A stretch of DNA of 64,000 bases. It comes from Polymyxa betae A26-41 (Eukaryota; Protista; Endomyxa: Phytomyxea). A program made the translations under genes and the position numbers. The stretch spans positions 20,916 through 84,915 of the forward strand of contig RBZT01000631.1 in NCBI GenBank assembly GCA_003693705.1, read 5' to 3'. Shown piece by piece: positions 38,031-52,959 of the stretch (its first letter is position 1; each line of letters opens with the position of its first letter). The notes under the pieces are model-generated. The model had not been told where the DNA came from, made no database searches, and saw only the letters and a list, made by a program, of their open reading frames with translations.

Positions 38031-39692
38031 CTATGTCAACGGCTCAATCGATTGCCGCACTTCTGAATCTGAACGGAACCCTCCATCGCTATCATATAGT
38101 TTCAATGGATTACTAATATTCAATGTTGTGGACAGAGACTCAAATCCAGCTATGACAGATTCCTCGATCTGGTCTAGCTCCAAACGCAAATCTTCGGATT
38201 GTTTCGTGAACTTCTCAGACAAAGTCCTCATATCTTGCCGGGCATTATCTCGTGCTTCCTGCAACAATTGTTGCCTCTGTTCTCGTGTAATTCCTTCATT
38301 TCCATGTGCAACCAAATCTTTCACCGAGCTCGCAATCGTTTCGATGTTCGCTTCTAGTGCCGCTAAGTCACTCTGAGATCAAATCAGCAGTTGCCATCAT
38401 ATTATGTTAAAGCGAACTAACTGGAGATGTTACTGGGACTGAGCTATTGCTAACAGATGATTTGGCTAGGTCATTACATCGATGAATACACGTGCTCAAT
38501 TGCTGGAAAATTTGCCCAAGTGATTCTGCATGAGAGTCCTGGTATGCCGAGAAGTCTGCATTCAGTTTGCGAATTGTCGTCTCGAACTTCTCGCTTAATT
38601 CAGTAACAGCTGGTTGGGTTTCTTCCTACAAATCGATTTTGAGGTAATCGATATTCGTGGTTTCCGTGAAACCCTCACCTGAACCTCATGCCTGAGAGAA
38701 TCCATTCGTGTCCTGATCTCCTCCAAATCTTCATGTAATCCCGATTGGCTCTCGTCAATCGCCGTTTGCAGCTTCAGCATATTCGAATGGATGATTGAAA
38801 CCTGCGCTATCATCGGCTTTAATTGCTTCAACGTGAACAAGATTTTTCACCTTGTTCTCAACGTCAGCTTTAACGCGGTTGATCTGATCTCGAACGGTTT
38901 CGGATTCGTCGAGCAATTTCCCGCGATATCGCGCTTCGTCCAGCATGCTAGCAACGTTCTAATTACGATTTATCAACAATATCACAGCAAATGACATCAA
39001 AACAATCATACCTTCATATGGTCCTGCATAACAGACCGAATGTCTTCGACTTCATCAACCAGCACTTCCGACAAGATTCCGAAAGCTTTCTTTAATGAGA
39101 TGATCTGGACCAGTTGAATATCGAGTTCAAAACACTCTCGACGACTTACTTGCTTCTTCATAAACTCGAACGTTTTCTGTGATTCGGACTCCAATCTGAT
39201 CTGGTTCGAATGTTCTTCTTGGAGATGCTCGACGGCCCTTTCCATTTGCGCCATATGCTTCAGAACCGGTCTCAACGACTATTCATCCATTCAAAGCCCA
39301 CACTCAGCACCTTATACAACATCTACCGATTGATCGAGCTTCTTCGGGACCTTGACAGGCGGCTGGCAGATCGACCGAATAAACTATTGAAGGTCAGCTG
39401 TTGCTGGGATACGTTCATGAATACTAACGTCATCCATTTTCCTAATACTGGATGCTGTATGAGCAGAATGATTTCCAGAACCATGACCGGGCTCCATCTT
39501 CCGCACCGATGATTTCTTCTTAAACGCTGCAGTACATTGAACTGGCGACTTCTCCAGTCGATCAGCAATTCGGTCGCTGAATGAAGGCCACAGGTCATCG
39601 TTAATTTTCCGAACTCGAGCCTGAAATAGCGACTCGGACGACGATGTCGGGAATTGCTCCATGACGGGCGGGTCCATATCCGACAACGTCAT
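38031..39692 (-). CDS. Coiled-coil hypothetical protein
   Basis: Several E/Q/K/L-rich minus-strand exons with short introns. Confidence 0.55.
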
Positions 39693-40886
39693 GATGTCTA
39701 AAATGAGACATGGGACTGAATCAGCACAAGCATCTATCGTCACAGATGTTGCTTGAAATGTAAACTCTAATAAAAAGTTTCCGAAATTCAGCTTGCTCAC
39801 TCCGAATTGGACAAGAGGACGATTGTCAACGAAATCGAGCAATTTTTTCTCTAAGGCAGGAATCAAATACATCTCACGATTGCTTAGTAATTAAGGTTCA
39901 CCGCCAGAAGTTCATGGATCGCGACTTCTCGAGATGGATGTTAGTTTTTAGCAGCCACTGTTTGACAAGTTTATCATTCGTCATCATAGGAGACTGTGTG
40001 TAACTTAGTTCTTGTAAAAACCAGCGATTATGTTCAAATGATTATCAAGGCTGAAACCTCAGTCATGCTGATAGGATTAAAGAAGAAGAAGAAATAGCTG
40101 CGAACCTGAAATCTTTGACAATACGAATGCGATACTTTGGTAGGATTTGGGTCATCTCTCTTGCATTCGCTAAGCTTCTTTAATAATTAGCTTTGTTTGA
40201 TTTGGATTCCATCGGCTGATACAGTATCTTCATTCAAGCATTGAAATGTTTGGACGCGAGTCCGCGAGATAGCAGTCCTGAGATTCGTTATCGGGAACTT
40301 GGAATGACATACATTCATGCAGTATCGAAATGCATCTTTCAGTGGAATCTGGAATGTATCGTCTTCATCATATTTTAATAGAGCCGTTCGTCATCGCTGA
40401 TACCTTTATCGCACGATCCTGTTAATTCGCTTCGTTGGAGAAAAAGGTAAACGATTCTTGGCATCATCTCTTATGCATAATATCACCGTCTGTGAATTAT
40501 CAACGAGAAAGGAATGAGACAATATGGGACCAAACAGCAAGCTGGGCATGTTCGGATTGATATAAAAATAAGAACAGATTGAAGATTTGATGGGAAACAG
40601 ACAATTACAGGCTGTTTTCTATCATACCATTTTGTTATACCACACATTGCCTATTGATTGACACTAAACATGTTTGCAAAATAAAAACGCATCTTTGAGC
40701 TTGAAATGCAGCTTCAAGTACCCTGGAGAGCGTCAGAATGATATACGAAGATGTCAATACAGACGTAATCGGACAGTATAAGACATACTCAAAGATTTAC
40801 TTCGATTTGAAGATAATCAATTGATTTATTACGTAGAGGCATTGATGCACTGAAATCCCACATAAGGTCATGGAGATCAGTTCTTC

Positions 40887-42107
40887 TCAAACAGCGATTT
40901 CTTTTTCAAATCCGGAATCTCTGCCCATTACTGGATATTCCTTCTCTTCCAACGAATGATATGAATCCCTAGTTGGAGGCAGGTCGTACATATCGGCCAT
41001 CTCGATATCCTGGGAGCTGGAGCTCGTTCCATCAATATCAGCGGCGATCAGAGCGATCTTCTCGTTCTGGCTCTGCAGGAATTCTTTCGGCACCAAAGCC
41101 ACACGAGCATCAGGCAACGTCGTCGTACGTACGATCATATTCACCACCGTAATTGAGATGACCGATATTCCAAGAAATCCCCAGAAATCACCTTCACTTC
41201 CCATGAAGATGATCGACAGAACATAGCCCAGAACAGGCGCAAACAACCGAATTACCGACGCCGCTGCCGCCGGTTCAATCTGCAATCCGACGTTGATCAA
41301 GCAAAGTTCGATAAACGACAAGAGCCCAGAGCCGAATGCATACAGCAGAACCTTGGGCGGCGCGTTGGTCGGCAATTCCACGAACATGCACGGGAACGCC
41401 GTCATGATGATCCCGGTCGTACCGGACACCAGCGAGATGGGCAGGAAGTTGACCGTCTTCAGCTTACGTTGGGTAACAAACCCGAATGCAGCCGTCGATC
41501 CTGCCAAGAAGCACAAGACGGTATAGAACAGATCGCCATCTTCTGTCTTGGTCTCTGGGAAGAGATTATGAGGCTGAGCTAACAGGAGAATGCCCGTCAT
41601 GCCACTCAGCACAGATCCAATCTCTAATGGGCCAGCAGGTTCACCGAGAATATAATGTCCAGCCATTGTCGCATAAATCTGTTATGGCGGTTAATCCAGG
41701 CGAATTGGAGCGAGTTTAGCGGCACATACCGGGACACTGAAGAAGAATACGGAGGCGAACCCGAGCTGTGATCCAAACATTTGTGTATAGAGGACGACAT
41801 TCATCGAGAAACTGCTCAAACATGAACGAAGGAGGACAGTTAGAAATCGACCTCGGACAGCTTTTCGTGGATCAATTCGATACCACCAGATTAAGATACC
41901 AGCCCAGGCTGTCTGCCATACAGAACGGCCCAATACGAACCACATGGCGTTGACGCCATGTGATCGACCAAGTTTACAGAATAGAAGACCAAATGCAAAG
42001 CAGAAAGTTGAGCCGAAGATCATAAAGGAACCACGACGATCCCAAAGGAAATCGGTCACGATGTTCCATGTCGGCCAACGAAGCTGTTGTAGCCGCTCTT
42101 TAGACAT
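40887..42107 (-). CDS. EamA/DMT-superfamily transporter (SLC35G-like)
   Basis: About 10 hydrophobic segments; AGHYILGEP, GILLLAQP and GLQIEPAAAASVIR. One intron at about 41680-41729. Confidence 0.88.
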
Positions 42108-42478
42108 GGATGAAATGTAGACCGGATATGAACGCGTGCCAAAGTGGGACCATTACCATGAAATCCCAGGCAGGCTCCCGTCTTGTATACACTGAACCAT
42201 CACGTCTTTTTTGTCGTTTGGAACATGCTGAAGACGTATCTGGAGAAGACAACGAAGAGATAAGGAGCCCTGTTAAAATAGAGCATCAGTTGATGTGTGG
42301 TTATATGGAGTGATGGACTGTAATAGAATAACAATACAGTTGGAATTTCAAATCTATCAATGATATGATAGACTATTGCCAGCTAACGACCAAAACCATG
42401 TGGCCACGACGACGTCACACAGCACTCGCTGGGCGACATTGAAAATCTCAGATGAGATATTAGTCTCAGCTCCGTTGG

Positions 42479-42926
42479 ATGTCATCGCCTTTGCTGAAGT
42501 CCTCGCCCAGGCATCGTCGGAAGCGATCGCTCATACGACCAGTGAATCTGCCCAGTTTACAAAGCCTAGGTCGTGATCTTGACGAAGAGATTGAGCATGG
42601 CTACTATACAAATGGAGATATGAAGCCCCGAGCTCGTCGAGGTCCACCATCTCTCTCACTCCCTGGTATAAAAGTGTATCGGGATAGTTTCCAATTCTTA
42701 ATAACAAACCTCAGAGCCACACAAAAGACCGACTCACGAACCCATTAGATACTCTACTAGGGAACACGATGCAAGACGAAAGCGACAAGAGATATCGTCA
42801 GGAGAGAGCTCAATGAAATTGTTGGACCTACTTTCACAGCGGCATGAAATTGTGTTTGCAAAGCACGAGGATCTGAAATGTATCGAAGACAGCAGACGAA
42901 GATCATCACGAGATTCAGCAAATTGA
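42479..42926 (+). CDS. Small hypothetical protein
   Basis: Two exons joined by a GT-AG intron at about 42666-42714. Confidence 0.35.
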
Positions 42927-42982
42927 GGATGCAGAAACCAGAGCCCAGTTTGACTAAAATAAATAAATAGTTTGTACATCTA

Positions 42983-44912
42983 TTAGGGGATGAGGACAGT
43001 GGTCATCCAAGCTGATCCATCATCACCGGCATATTCGAGATCGTCATCGATTCCGGCTGGCATATATGTAATTGAGCTATCTTGCTCGATTTCAACCTGA
43101 TTCAGGTTTGAGTCTGCAGAGGCAGTTACCATCGACAAATCTTCGGTAGGAGACATGACAATATCCATATTCGTTGGGCTGGATTCAATACTAGCGCTGA
43201 TTGATGGCGTTTTGAGATCAGGAGATGCAACCACATCGACGGTCTCAGAGACACAAGCAGATGTGTCTCTTTCATTTGCATCGATGTCGACGGATAATGG
43301 AGGCGGCGTATGAGAAGCAGGCACAAAAACTGGAGTACGAGCTGGAGTTGGAACAATCGTTGGTTTTGACATCGGAGGGTGTCGTACGGGCGCTGGAATC
43401 GGTTCAACAGAAAGCGAATCCTTGGCATTAACAGGTGAATCACCCAGAGCATTTGTCGGAGAAATCGAATGATTGATAGTGTTTGCACCACGCCTGTGGT
43501 TTAATTAGACGAACAGCGCCAGGCCATGAAGAGAGGACTTACGTCTGAGATATGTCTCTATGGTATTCCCATTGCTTCAGCACCCTGCCAGCAAGGTTGA
43601 TGCACACGGGGTCCACAACGAACCATTCGCGAATAACTCTGACCAGCCGCCTATAATTCGCGTATTTACTTCCCGGGAAGATCGACATCAAGGTCAACGC
43701 TGAGCGAATGAATGCGATACCTACAAAACATAATTATTTAATGGTTTCATCAATCTCGCATGGTGGCTGGTTCATACTTATAGGGCTGCCGCTTTTATAC
43801 GCTTCTATCAGCCATTGTTCAAATTTACGAAGAAAAGGCCTCTGCGTTGAAATTAAAACGAACATTTCGGCATGTCCGAACCTGAAAGTGAGATGGTCGA
43901 TCAATTCGATTCGGCCATGCTCATCTAAAGAGCCCATCATATTACAGATCTCAGATACGGATACGGGAAATCGACCCTCCGGCGCCAGCTCCCTCCAGAA
44001 CACCGATTGTTCAAGATCAGCATTCGGATCCGAATCTGGAGCGATAGTCTCCTGCAGGACGTTTTGCTCACTCTCGGGGACCTCTGATAAGTTTGTTTGG
44101 ACAGGATTTTCTATCTCTACTGTCGGCGTTTCGACAGCAGGTTCCACGTCCTCAGTAACAGTTGCGGATTGTTTAAGCTGCTGAACAGATTCAACAGGTT
44201 CTTCCACCATCTTGATGTCATCTTTGAGAATGTCTTCAACGATCGATTCCGGAGCAGCAACGTTTGCAACCTCGGGTTCCGGTGACAGTAAACATTCTAC
44301 TGGAATTGCCTCTTCTGCCTGAATCGTGGGATGCTCGCTTTCATGGCCTTCGCTGTCAGGTTCCGCTTGGTATAAGTTTTTCGAAACTTCGTTTTGGATG
44401 GTATCCATTCGAACCAGGCTTCTCGTGTTTGTTTTGCGCTTGGTCGGTGAAGAATCTTCTGATTTTTTCGATTTAGAAATGGGCTTGTCATCCACATCCT
44501 CAGGTTTCGTTTTACGACTTCGTAGCCGATTGCTGAGAGGTACGTTATCATCTGACAGGCTATCAGTTTGCTCGTTGGACGAAGATGACGACGCTGATCG
44601 TTTCGACAGTCGTTTGTTGTAAGAAACCGGTGGCGCCTTCTCAGGTTTCGCCTTTTTCGGTTTTTTCTGTTTCGCCTTCCATTCGCGAATCATGTCCATG
44701 CAATCAGTGCCAAAATCATCTTCGAGTACCCAACTGTTTTCATTGTGTCCATATCCTACCCCTATGCAAAACAATCTGCAGCTGCTTGCAAGATAATGTA
44801 TCCACCTACATTTGACAAGAAACTCCCATCTACCTCTGTATTTGCGACCATCTACAACGCGCTCGACCTCGAAATAGCCTTCAGGCAACTCCTCGCTTGT
44901 CGAGTCTGGCAT
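42983..44912 (-). CDS. Chromodomain protein with a C-terminal TFIIS-N-like helical domain
   Basis: YFEVERVVDGRKYRGRWEFLVKW(V)GYGHNENSWVLEDD after removing a short intron. Later FLRKFEQWLIEAYK..FIRSALTLMSIFP..LAGRVLKQWE. Confidence 0.8.
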
Positions 44913-45159
44913 GGAGAATGAATCAGCTCATGTTAAGACATAATGAAACGCAGCGCAACAGTCGGTACTGTCAAAAAGGCATTCAGTTTAGCTAGGAGGC
45001 CGCGCCCCATGCTGAGCCCTGCTGCATGAAGGAATGACATTTGACCGATATTCTCAAAGGGAAAATAGCTTAGTTGTTGTCATAGACATCATTGATTTAA
45101 TGATAACAGTATGACATATGTTGGACTGTAGGGATTGAAACAAGTCCAATATACAGATA

Positions 45160-46461
45160 TTAATTACTATCATATACGCCGGGCCAATTATTTGGATCTG
45201 GGAACTTGCAGTCGCTGGTAGATGTGCACAAATTAATGCATTGATCAAGGTTGACAAACGAGTATCCGAGGTTTCTGAAAAATTCAAGATACCTGATTCG
45301 TGCTCTTAACCAAAATACACATTCAAACAAAGATATTGCTGACCTTGGTATCAGAGATTGTATATATGACGCATCGTGTTGAAGCAGTATCATTGAACCT
45401 CCAGCAGGGATTCTCCGGAACCTCTCCTTGGTTCTCTCATAAACCGCTTCGGCGCCGTTCTTGGCAATTACCCAATCGTTTGAATCTGCATTCCATCTGC
45501 CTTTCGGGTTCAGATTGGGACTTTCACAAATGAACAGGTAGATTACGTAACAACGGTGATGCCAAGACTGTTGATATAAGCACGTTGATCTGGACGTAGA
45601 TACCCAAAAGGCGGACGAATACCTCGAAATTCAGGCTCGGATCCTGTGCAATCATTGTACCAGCCGTTATAATCGTCAATTTCTTTCTTGATTTGTTCAT
45701 TGGACATTTTCGATAAATCCACGTGCCTCATTGTATCTGCAGAAGTTCAAGAAGGACCATGACATATTCATCACAATCCTTACGCCCAGCAACGCTATGG
45801 CCTTCCTCTAACATTCTCTTGAGAAGAAGGCACTGGCCATTAGATCCAGGTCGTCTGGCATAGCTGGCAGATGGCCCAAATGGAGACAGGAAAAATGTTG
45901 CTTTGATGTTGTATTGAGCTAATTCGTCAAGAATAGGAGCAGTAACATGACCCTCAACTATAGATGTAATATTAATGATAACACATAATAATATCATACA
46001 ATTGTTTACTTGGTCCATCATCAAAGGTCAGAGCAACAACTTTATGATTTCCACACCAGTTCAGAGCTGGAACGAATGGACGACGCTGTTGTAAAGCAAC
46101 GGGTTGTACTCGACCACGCTCTGTAATTGGATTTGTTGGCACTCTCTGTTGGGCATTGCTAGATGTAGGCTTTGTGTTTATAAGCGAGGATCGGACCTCA
46201 GGGCCAACCCAAAGCGATTTGGCATTACAATATTGATCCGAAGAACCACACCATCCATACTGATAAAGAAACAATTATTAAACCAACAATAATTTTCCAA
46301 GAAATTTTTACTGCAGAACAGCATTGATCAGGACTACACGCAGAATATCCAAGGGTAGGGCCACATTGCCCAGAGTGTAGCGGTGATTCCACCCAGATTT
46401 GTTCACCAGGACCAGCAAGAACCACCTTCAATACAAACGCTGCAAACAGAAACGTTTTCAT
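45160..46461 (-). CDS. Secreted chitin-binding (CBM18/hevein) polysaccharide deacetylase (CE4/NodB), chitin deacetylase
   Basis: Signal peptide MKTFLFAAFVLKVVLA; GQCGP..CSPDQCCS.YGWCGSSDQYC; VALTFDDGP, IKATFF, IRPPFG and ILLQHD. Confidence 0.9.
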
Positions 46462-46571
46462 AATTCCTGTCGGCTAAAACACTAAATGAAAGCGGGAGAG
46501 AACATTCGCAGTGCCAAAGAGGCTGGTTCAAGTGATTTTCGTCAGTGTTTTGCGTCTCAGATTCTTGTGTC

Positions 46572-46688
46572 CTCTGACTGTCACTATTTGGTGTTGCGAA
46601 TAACCATCTCTGACTGTATTTCACAAATCCGGTGTTACAAAAAATCAGCTCTGACAGTACCTATTTCACAAACTCGGTGTTTCAAAAA
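46572..46688. repeat. Three imperfect repeats of about 36-41 bp upstream of the chitin deacetylase
   Basis: ctctgac(t/a)gt...tattt...ggtgtt units at 46572, 46608 and 46649. Confidence 0.65.
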
Positions 46689-46921
46689 GAGGTTTTCTAG
46701 TTCCCGATCCTGTTAGGGCAGCGGGCTGCGTTGAATTACTAGACTGGCGTAATTCAGGAGGAGCCCCCATCCCTTCAGGAATTAGTTAGCTTCAAAGTGT
46801 CTGCGAATCGGTTGACGAATCTATTACTGCCAAGCGTTCACTGTTCGATGAATCTTTTAAATCTCCAGCGATAATGGACGATTGTCATTTTTTGAATGTT
46901 TCGCCGGCCGTTAGTTTGAAG

Positions 46922-47775
46922 ATGATCGATCTAGGTCATCTCAAGAACCGATTGATATAGAATTATTAGACTCTTCTCAATGGCGATTAGAATTGGAGAT
47001 GTTGTAGAGTCAGAATCTAATCCAATCATGGTCGACGTCAAGGGCATCGATGCCCGCAATAATCCTACAATTTGTCGATTATTCTTCACAAACCAGGCGT
47101 CGAAGAAAGAGATGCGCGATGTATTGAGGAGTTTCGCAATATGGTGGGGAAGACGCTTTCGAATCCGAATGTTGCTGTGTTTGCTAGTATTAGACGGGTG
47201 ACTGCTCGGACGTCGTCCTTCAACAATATTACGAAAACGATATCAGTGTCGTCTTCAGCATCTAGGAAAGATTGGGAGATTACCATATGTCTGTCAGATC
47301 CAGTTATAAATCAAGATAGGGTAGCATCGTTACTACGGTGCTCAGGCTTCACAACAGGTGACCAACCAGCCGTATCCTGGATCGTCAATCCAGACGATAT
47401 TTCGAATTTCTGCAACAACTACCAGAACCGTTGCAGCAATGGCAATTTCAACATACTAGGGCGCATCTTCAACATCCGATGTTTAGTAGCCGACCTTCGC
47501 AAGATGGTACGCCCAGGCCATCGTATATTCAGATCGCAGTAGGAGGTGTAGATGGCAACGGAATAGGGCTGATCATCATCTACTCGTCCGACAAAATGGC
47601 GTCACAACCATCTATCGGACAGACGATAGGGTTATTGGGGGGCTGGATCAATGAGGCCAGCGTACTTGATGATTCAGGCAGATGGGCCCAATTGTCCAGC
47701 GTACTGTTTGGCGCTGAACAAATCGCCAAACAACAAAGGCATTTACTTATCGAAACATGGCAGCGGCTGCGATGA
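46922..47775 (+). pseudogene. Intronless frameshifted gene, tentatively with tandem OB folds (RPA1-like)
   Basis: Three overlapping ORFs (46980, 47072, 47431) can be joined by single-base shifts. The pattern resembles OB-fold strands. Confidence 0.35.
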
Positions 47776-47822
47776 CTCCCGAATCTTTCAATAGGTTGAA
47801 AGCGACATCATCAAACCAAATT

Positions 47823-47848
47823 GTGGCCCCTGCACAAACAGGGGCCAC
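47823..47848. other. Perfect 10-bp GC-rich hairpin with 6-nt loop, followed by T-rich sequence and AATAAA
   Basis: GTGGCCCCTG-CACAAA-CAGGGGCCAC. Confidence 0.85.
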
Positions 47849-47978
47849 GTCTTCTATTTTTCAATAAAAAGTGAATCTTTCTTTTTTCCAATAAAGTTAA
47901 GGTAACAATAGAGTAGAATGTAGTCTGGAGCAATATTGTGTAAAGAATACAAAGAACACCATTTGAAAATGATGAAGT

Positions 47979-48435
47979 CTGGTAGTAACGTTACCGTATA
48001 CTACGCTGAGATGGTCTTGGTTCAACAGGACAAGACTTTGAACATCCGCCAAACCGGATTCAATGGTTGGATTCGATCCAGGAAAGAATTACACAAATGG
48101 GACGAAACGTTTGAGAACGTTTGAAATACAGGCAACTGTTGGACGATCGACAGTATTGGCATCTAGAATCGATATATGACAAGATCACGTTACATCGTCA
48201 AACTATAGAAGTCGACCGCATGCAAATACATGATAAAGGTTTCAATAAAGAGTTTACGTCCACAGATCATATTTACATTGAAGGGAACCGACTGTGATAG
48301 GACGAGGACTGGTAGTAACGTCACCATACAGGACGATGAAATGGGCTTGGTTCACCAGGACAAGACTCTAAACGTCCGCCAAACCGGAGCCAATGGTTGC
48401 ATCCGATCCAGAAGAGAATTACACAGAGGAGACGA
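47979..48435 (+). repeat. Diverged 127-bp direct repeat, two copies 330 bp apart
   Basis: 47979-48105 and 48309-48435 align without indels. Confidence 0.85.
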
Positions 48436-48640
48436 GAGTTGGTAGTTGCGCTTTACAAACCGAACATTACTAAAGGAACAGGCTTTTCGTAGTGGCTTGC
48501 TCTTGCAAACTCAGATTCAAATGTACTTAAACAAACAAAAAACAAACGTTTCGCAACGACTCATAAAGTCATACTGTTCGATTGAGTCAGTCGTCACAGA
48601 ACCATTGCCACATTGGTCTGCAACTGCTTTCTTGGTCTAC

Positions 48641-49569
48641 ATGGTTCCAAATACTCGTAAGCAAGCGGCCGGTTTCCTCAATCGATTCGATTTGCCCAAA
48701 GTGATCAGCGCTGATCAACTATCAATAGCACTTAGTGATGGGAGCCTGGTTGCTTCATTGATATCACGTTATTATCCAGATCAAATTGATATTAGCAGAC
48801 TTATTCTGCCATCATCATCTGTTCATAGCAAAATGCATAACTGGACCGTTATTAATGGTAAGCCATATAACAAGCATTTCACAAATTTCAACGAATCTTT
48901 GATTTTTGTGTTTTGATAAAATTGAACTGATTCATAATAGAGTGCTTGGCATCGCCTCTAGATAATGGGCAATTGCTGAATCTGGCGACAGCCAATGACG
49001 AATTCGATGCAATCAAAGATTTGACTGAGAGACTACTTCAAATTCTACCGGAAGAGAGCCGGCCGAGATCGTCATTGCCTACACTAACGCCATCTTCTCC
49101 AGAGAAGAATATCAAGTCCCGAGATCATCGCTCTAAAGATATGAAGGCTTCCGAACTGTTATTAGATGCTATTGAGACATGTGAAGGGACCGTTCAATAT
49201 CTGAATGAGAAGACCAATCTCATGACGAGCTTATTACGGCAGCTGAGAGAAGTTCGTGACGAGAATGATGATGGCAACCAATTTGATCGTTTGCTGAATG
49301 CATCCAATGCAAAACGAACGAAAACGAAGAAGTTGGAGAAAAAAGTGAAAAAGGCCCCGACGGAGGCTGAAAAGAGAATTGCCAAATGTGTGAAGGTCGC
49401 CAAGTCGAAAGGCATCGCAGACAAATCTGTTAAACGATCAGCGAGGCAGAAGCGGAAAACTAAGCAGGTGTCATCTGTTCAGGAAGATCGTATTATGTCA
49501 TTAATTGGACGATTTGATGCTCTTCTGAAGGAACAGAATCCATCCAATCTTAACAGTTTCTCGTCGTGA
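48641..49569 (+). CDS. SPEF1/SPATA4-like CH-domain flagellar protein with basic coiled-coil tail
   Basis: LSDGSLVASLISRYYPDQIDI..SSVHSKMHNWTVIN; intron at about 48858-48940. Confidence 0.65.
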
Positions 49570-49843
49570 GAGTTATTATATACGAACATCGGAACGCAAA
49601 GCATATTCTCAGATGCTGAAATCACAGTTCCAGTTCGTACAATCAATTTCATTTCATTGCCGAAATGCATAATGCAGCTTCTATTCAATGTCTCTGTTTT
49701 TGCTAAGTAGCTTTTATATTCACGACCCTAGAGGATACAACAGGTGGTCGGAAATTTATTTGGTTGAAACGAATTCCATCCCGAGTCTGGGAAAGTGCGT
49801 AACGATTTGTGGAAAACGCCTTAATTTGGACTTGTTCGTATAA

Positions 49844-51702
<1,859 letters not shown>

Positions 51703-51771
51703 AATATTGTTGCAAAACGTTTACTTTACAATTAGCAATCAAAGACATTACAGTGTGCAATTTGAAAATTT

Positions 51772-52617
51772 TTACAAGTGTTGCTCGACGCCGTGTTTGA
51801 GTGCCCATTTCCTTGGCGGCCGTGCTAACTTCGGTAGAATGTCGAATTTCTCAGGTTTCAAATGAGCTCGTAGACCCAGCCGATTGAAATACATGAACAT
51901 AATAGATCCGCCATTCTTCTCAATGGCATATTTGGCAGTTTTCGATGCATCGGTCACTTGAATATCAACTTTGGTGTTGAAGTTCTCAATGCCTGTTCCG
52001 AGTAATTTGACACCATGTTCGATTTTACCAACGATGCCGCTATCGTACAGCATTTTGGTAGTAATGAGCTGGGAGGGATCAAGTTTACCTACAATTCTTA
52101 AATTTGCTGAGGTATGGATTCTTTTGATTACCTTGCATAATCCATTCTTGAAGCTTATCGAGATTCAAAGGCGAATAATCAAGCTTATTACTGTAGCAAA
52201 AAGCTTATTAGGCTGCCGTTTCTACTCAAGCTATTAGTTACCTTGTAAAACCTCGTTTCGGAAGTCGTTTGGAAAGTGGAGTCTGACCGCCTTCAAAACC
52301 CAAACGAACTTTTCTTCCCGCTCCACTACGAGCTTTTTGTCCTTTATGCCCTCGTCCAGACGTACCACCATAGTTAGAACCCTAAATAATAACTGAAAAA
52401 CTATTAACAGCAGAGCTGATGTGGCAAAGGGATAGTAGGTCACAACAGATTGTGATGGTCTCACCTGTCCTCGACCAACACGCTTCGCATCTCGTCTAGA
52501 ACCGGGATTGTCCTGGATGTTATTCAAGGCAACGCTTGCGGTCAGACTGCGAAGTTGGCTCGAAATCGATGATGCAAGCAAAGGCGCTTGGCGGCATGCC
52601 CTAATCAATCCGAACAT
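51772..52617 (-). CDS. MRPL15: Mitochondrial ribosomal protein uL15m
   Basis: Presequence-like N-terminus; [35 protein letters not shown] and GVKLLG. Confidence 0.92.
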
Positions 52618-52959
52618 GATGCCGATTGCAGTAATGAAGCAATCCGCAACTGGCGACGAAATAACCTCCGTAGCTCTCTATGTCCCAACCACAAGCTCTG
52701 CCCGGCTTTGACGACAGTTTAACCTTTTCCTCAAAATGTCTCTCTGGAAGAAAAATACTGAAATGTGTAACTCTGTGTTTCGGTCTCCGGATTCAGGATG
52801 AATTGGCAACTTTAAAATCGAACATGTTTGGAGAAAATTTGGAAGGCTGCGCTGTATGTATGCGCGGTTGATTTAAAAATCGGTTCTGTTGTTATGTTGA
52901 CAAGAGGCCTCATAAAACTAAGAGGGTTTCCGGATTAGAAATCCCGCTACTGCAGAAGC

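Noticed and set aside
39900-40800. Possible decayed minus-strand gene with in-frame TGA codons
   Set aside because: No recognisable homology, and I could not build a consistent exon chain.
47823-47865. Bacterial rho-independent terminator
   Set aside because: The context is eukaryotic and the T-tract is not immediately adjacent. Kept only as an unexplained hairpin.
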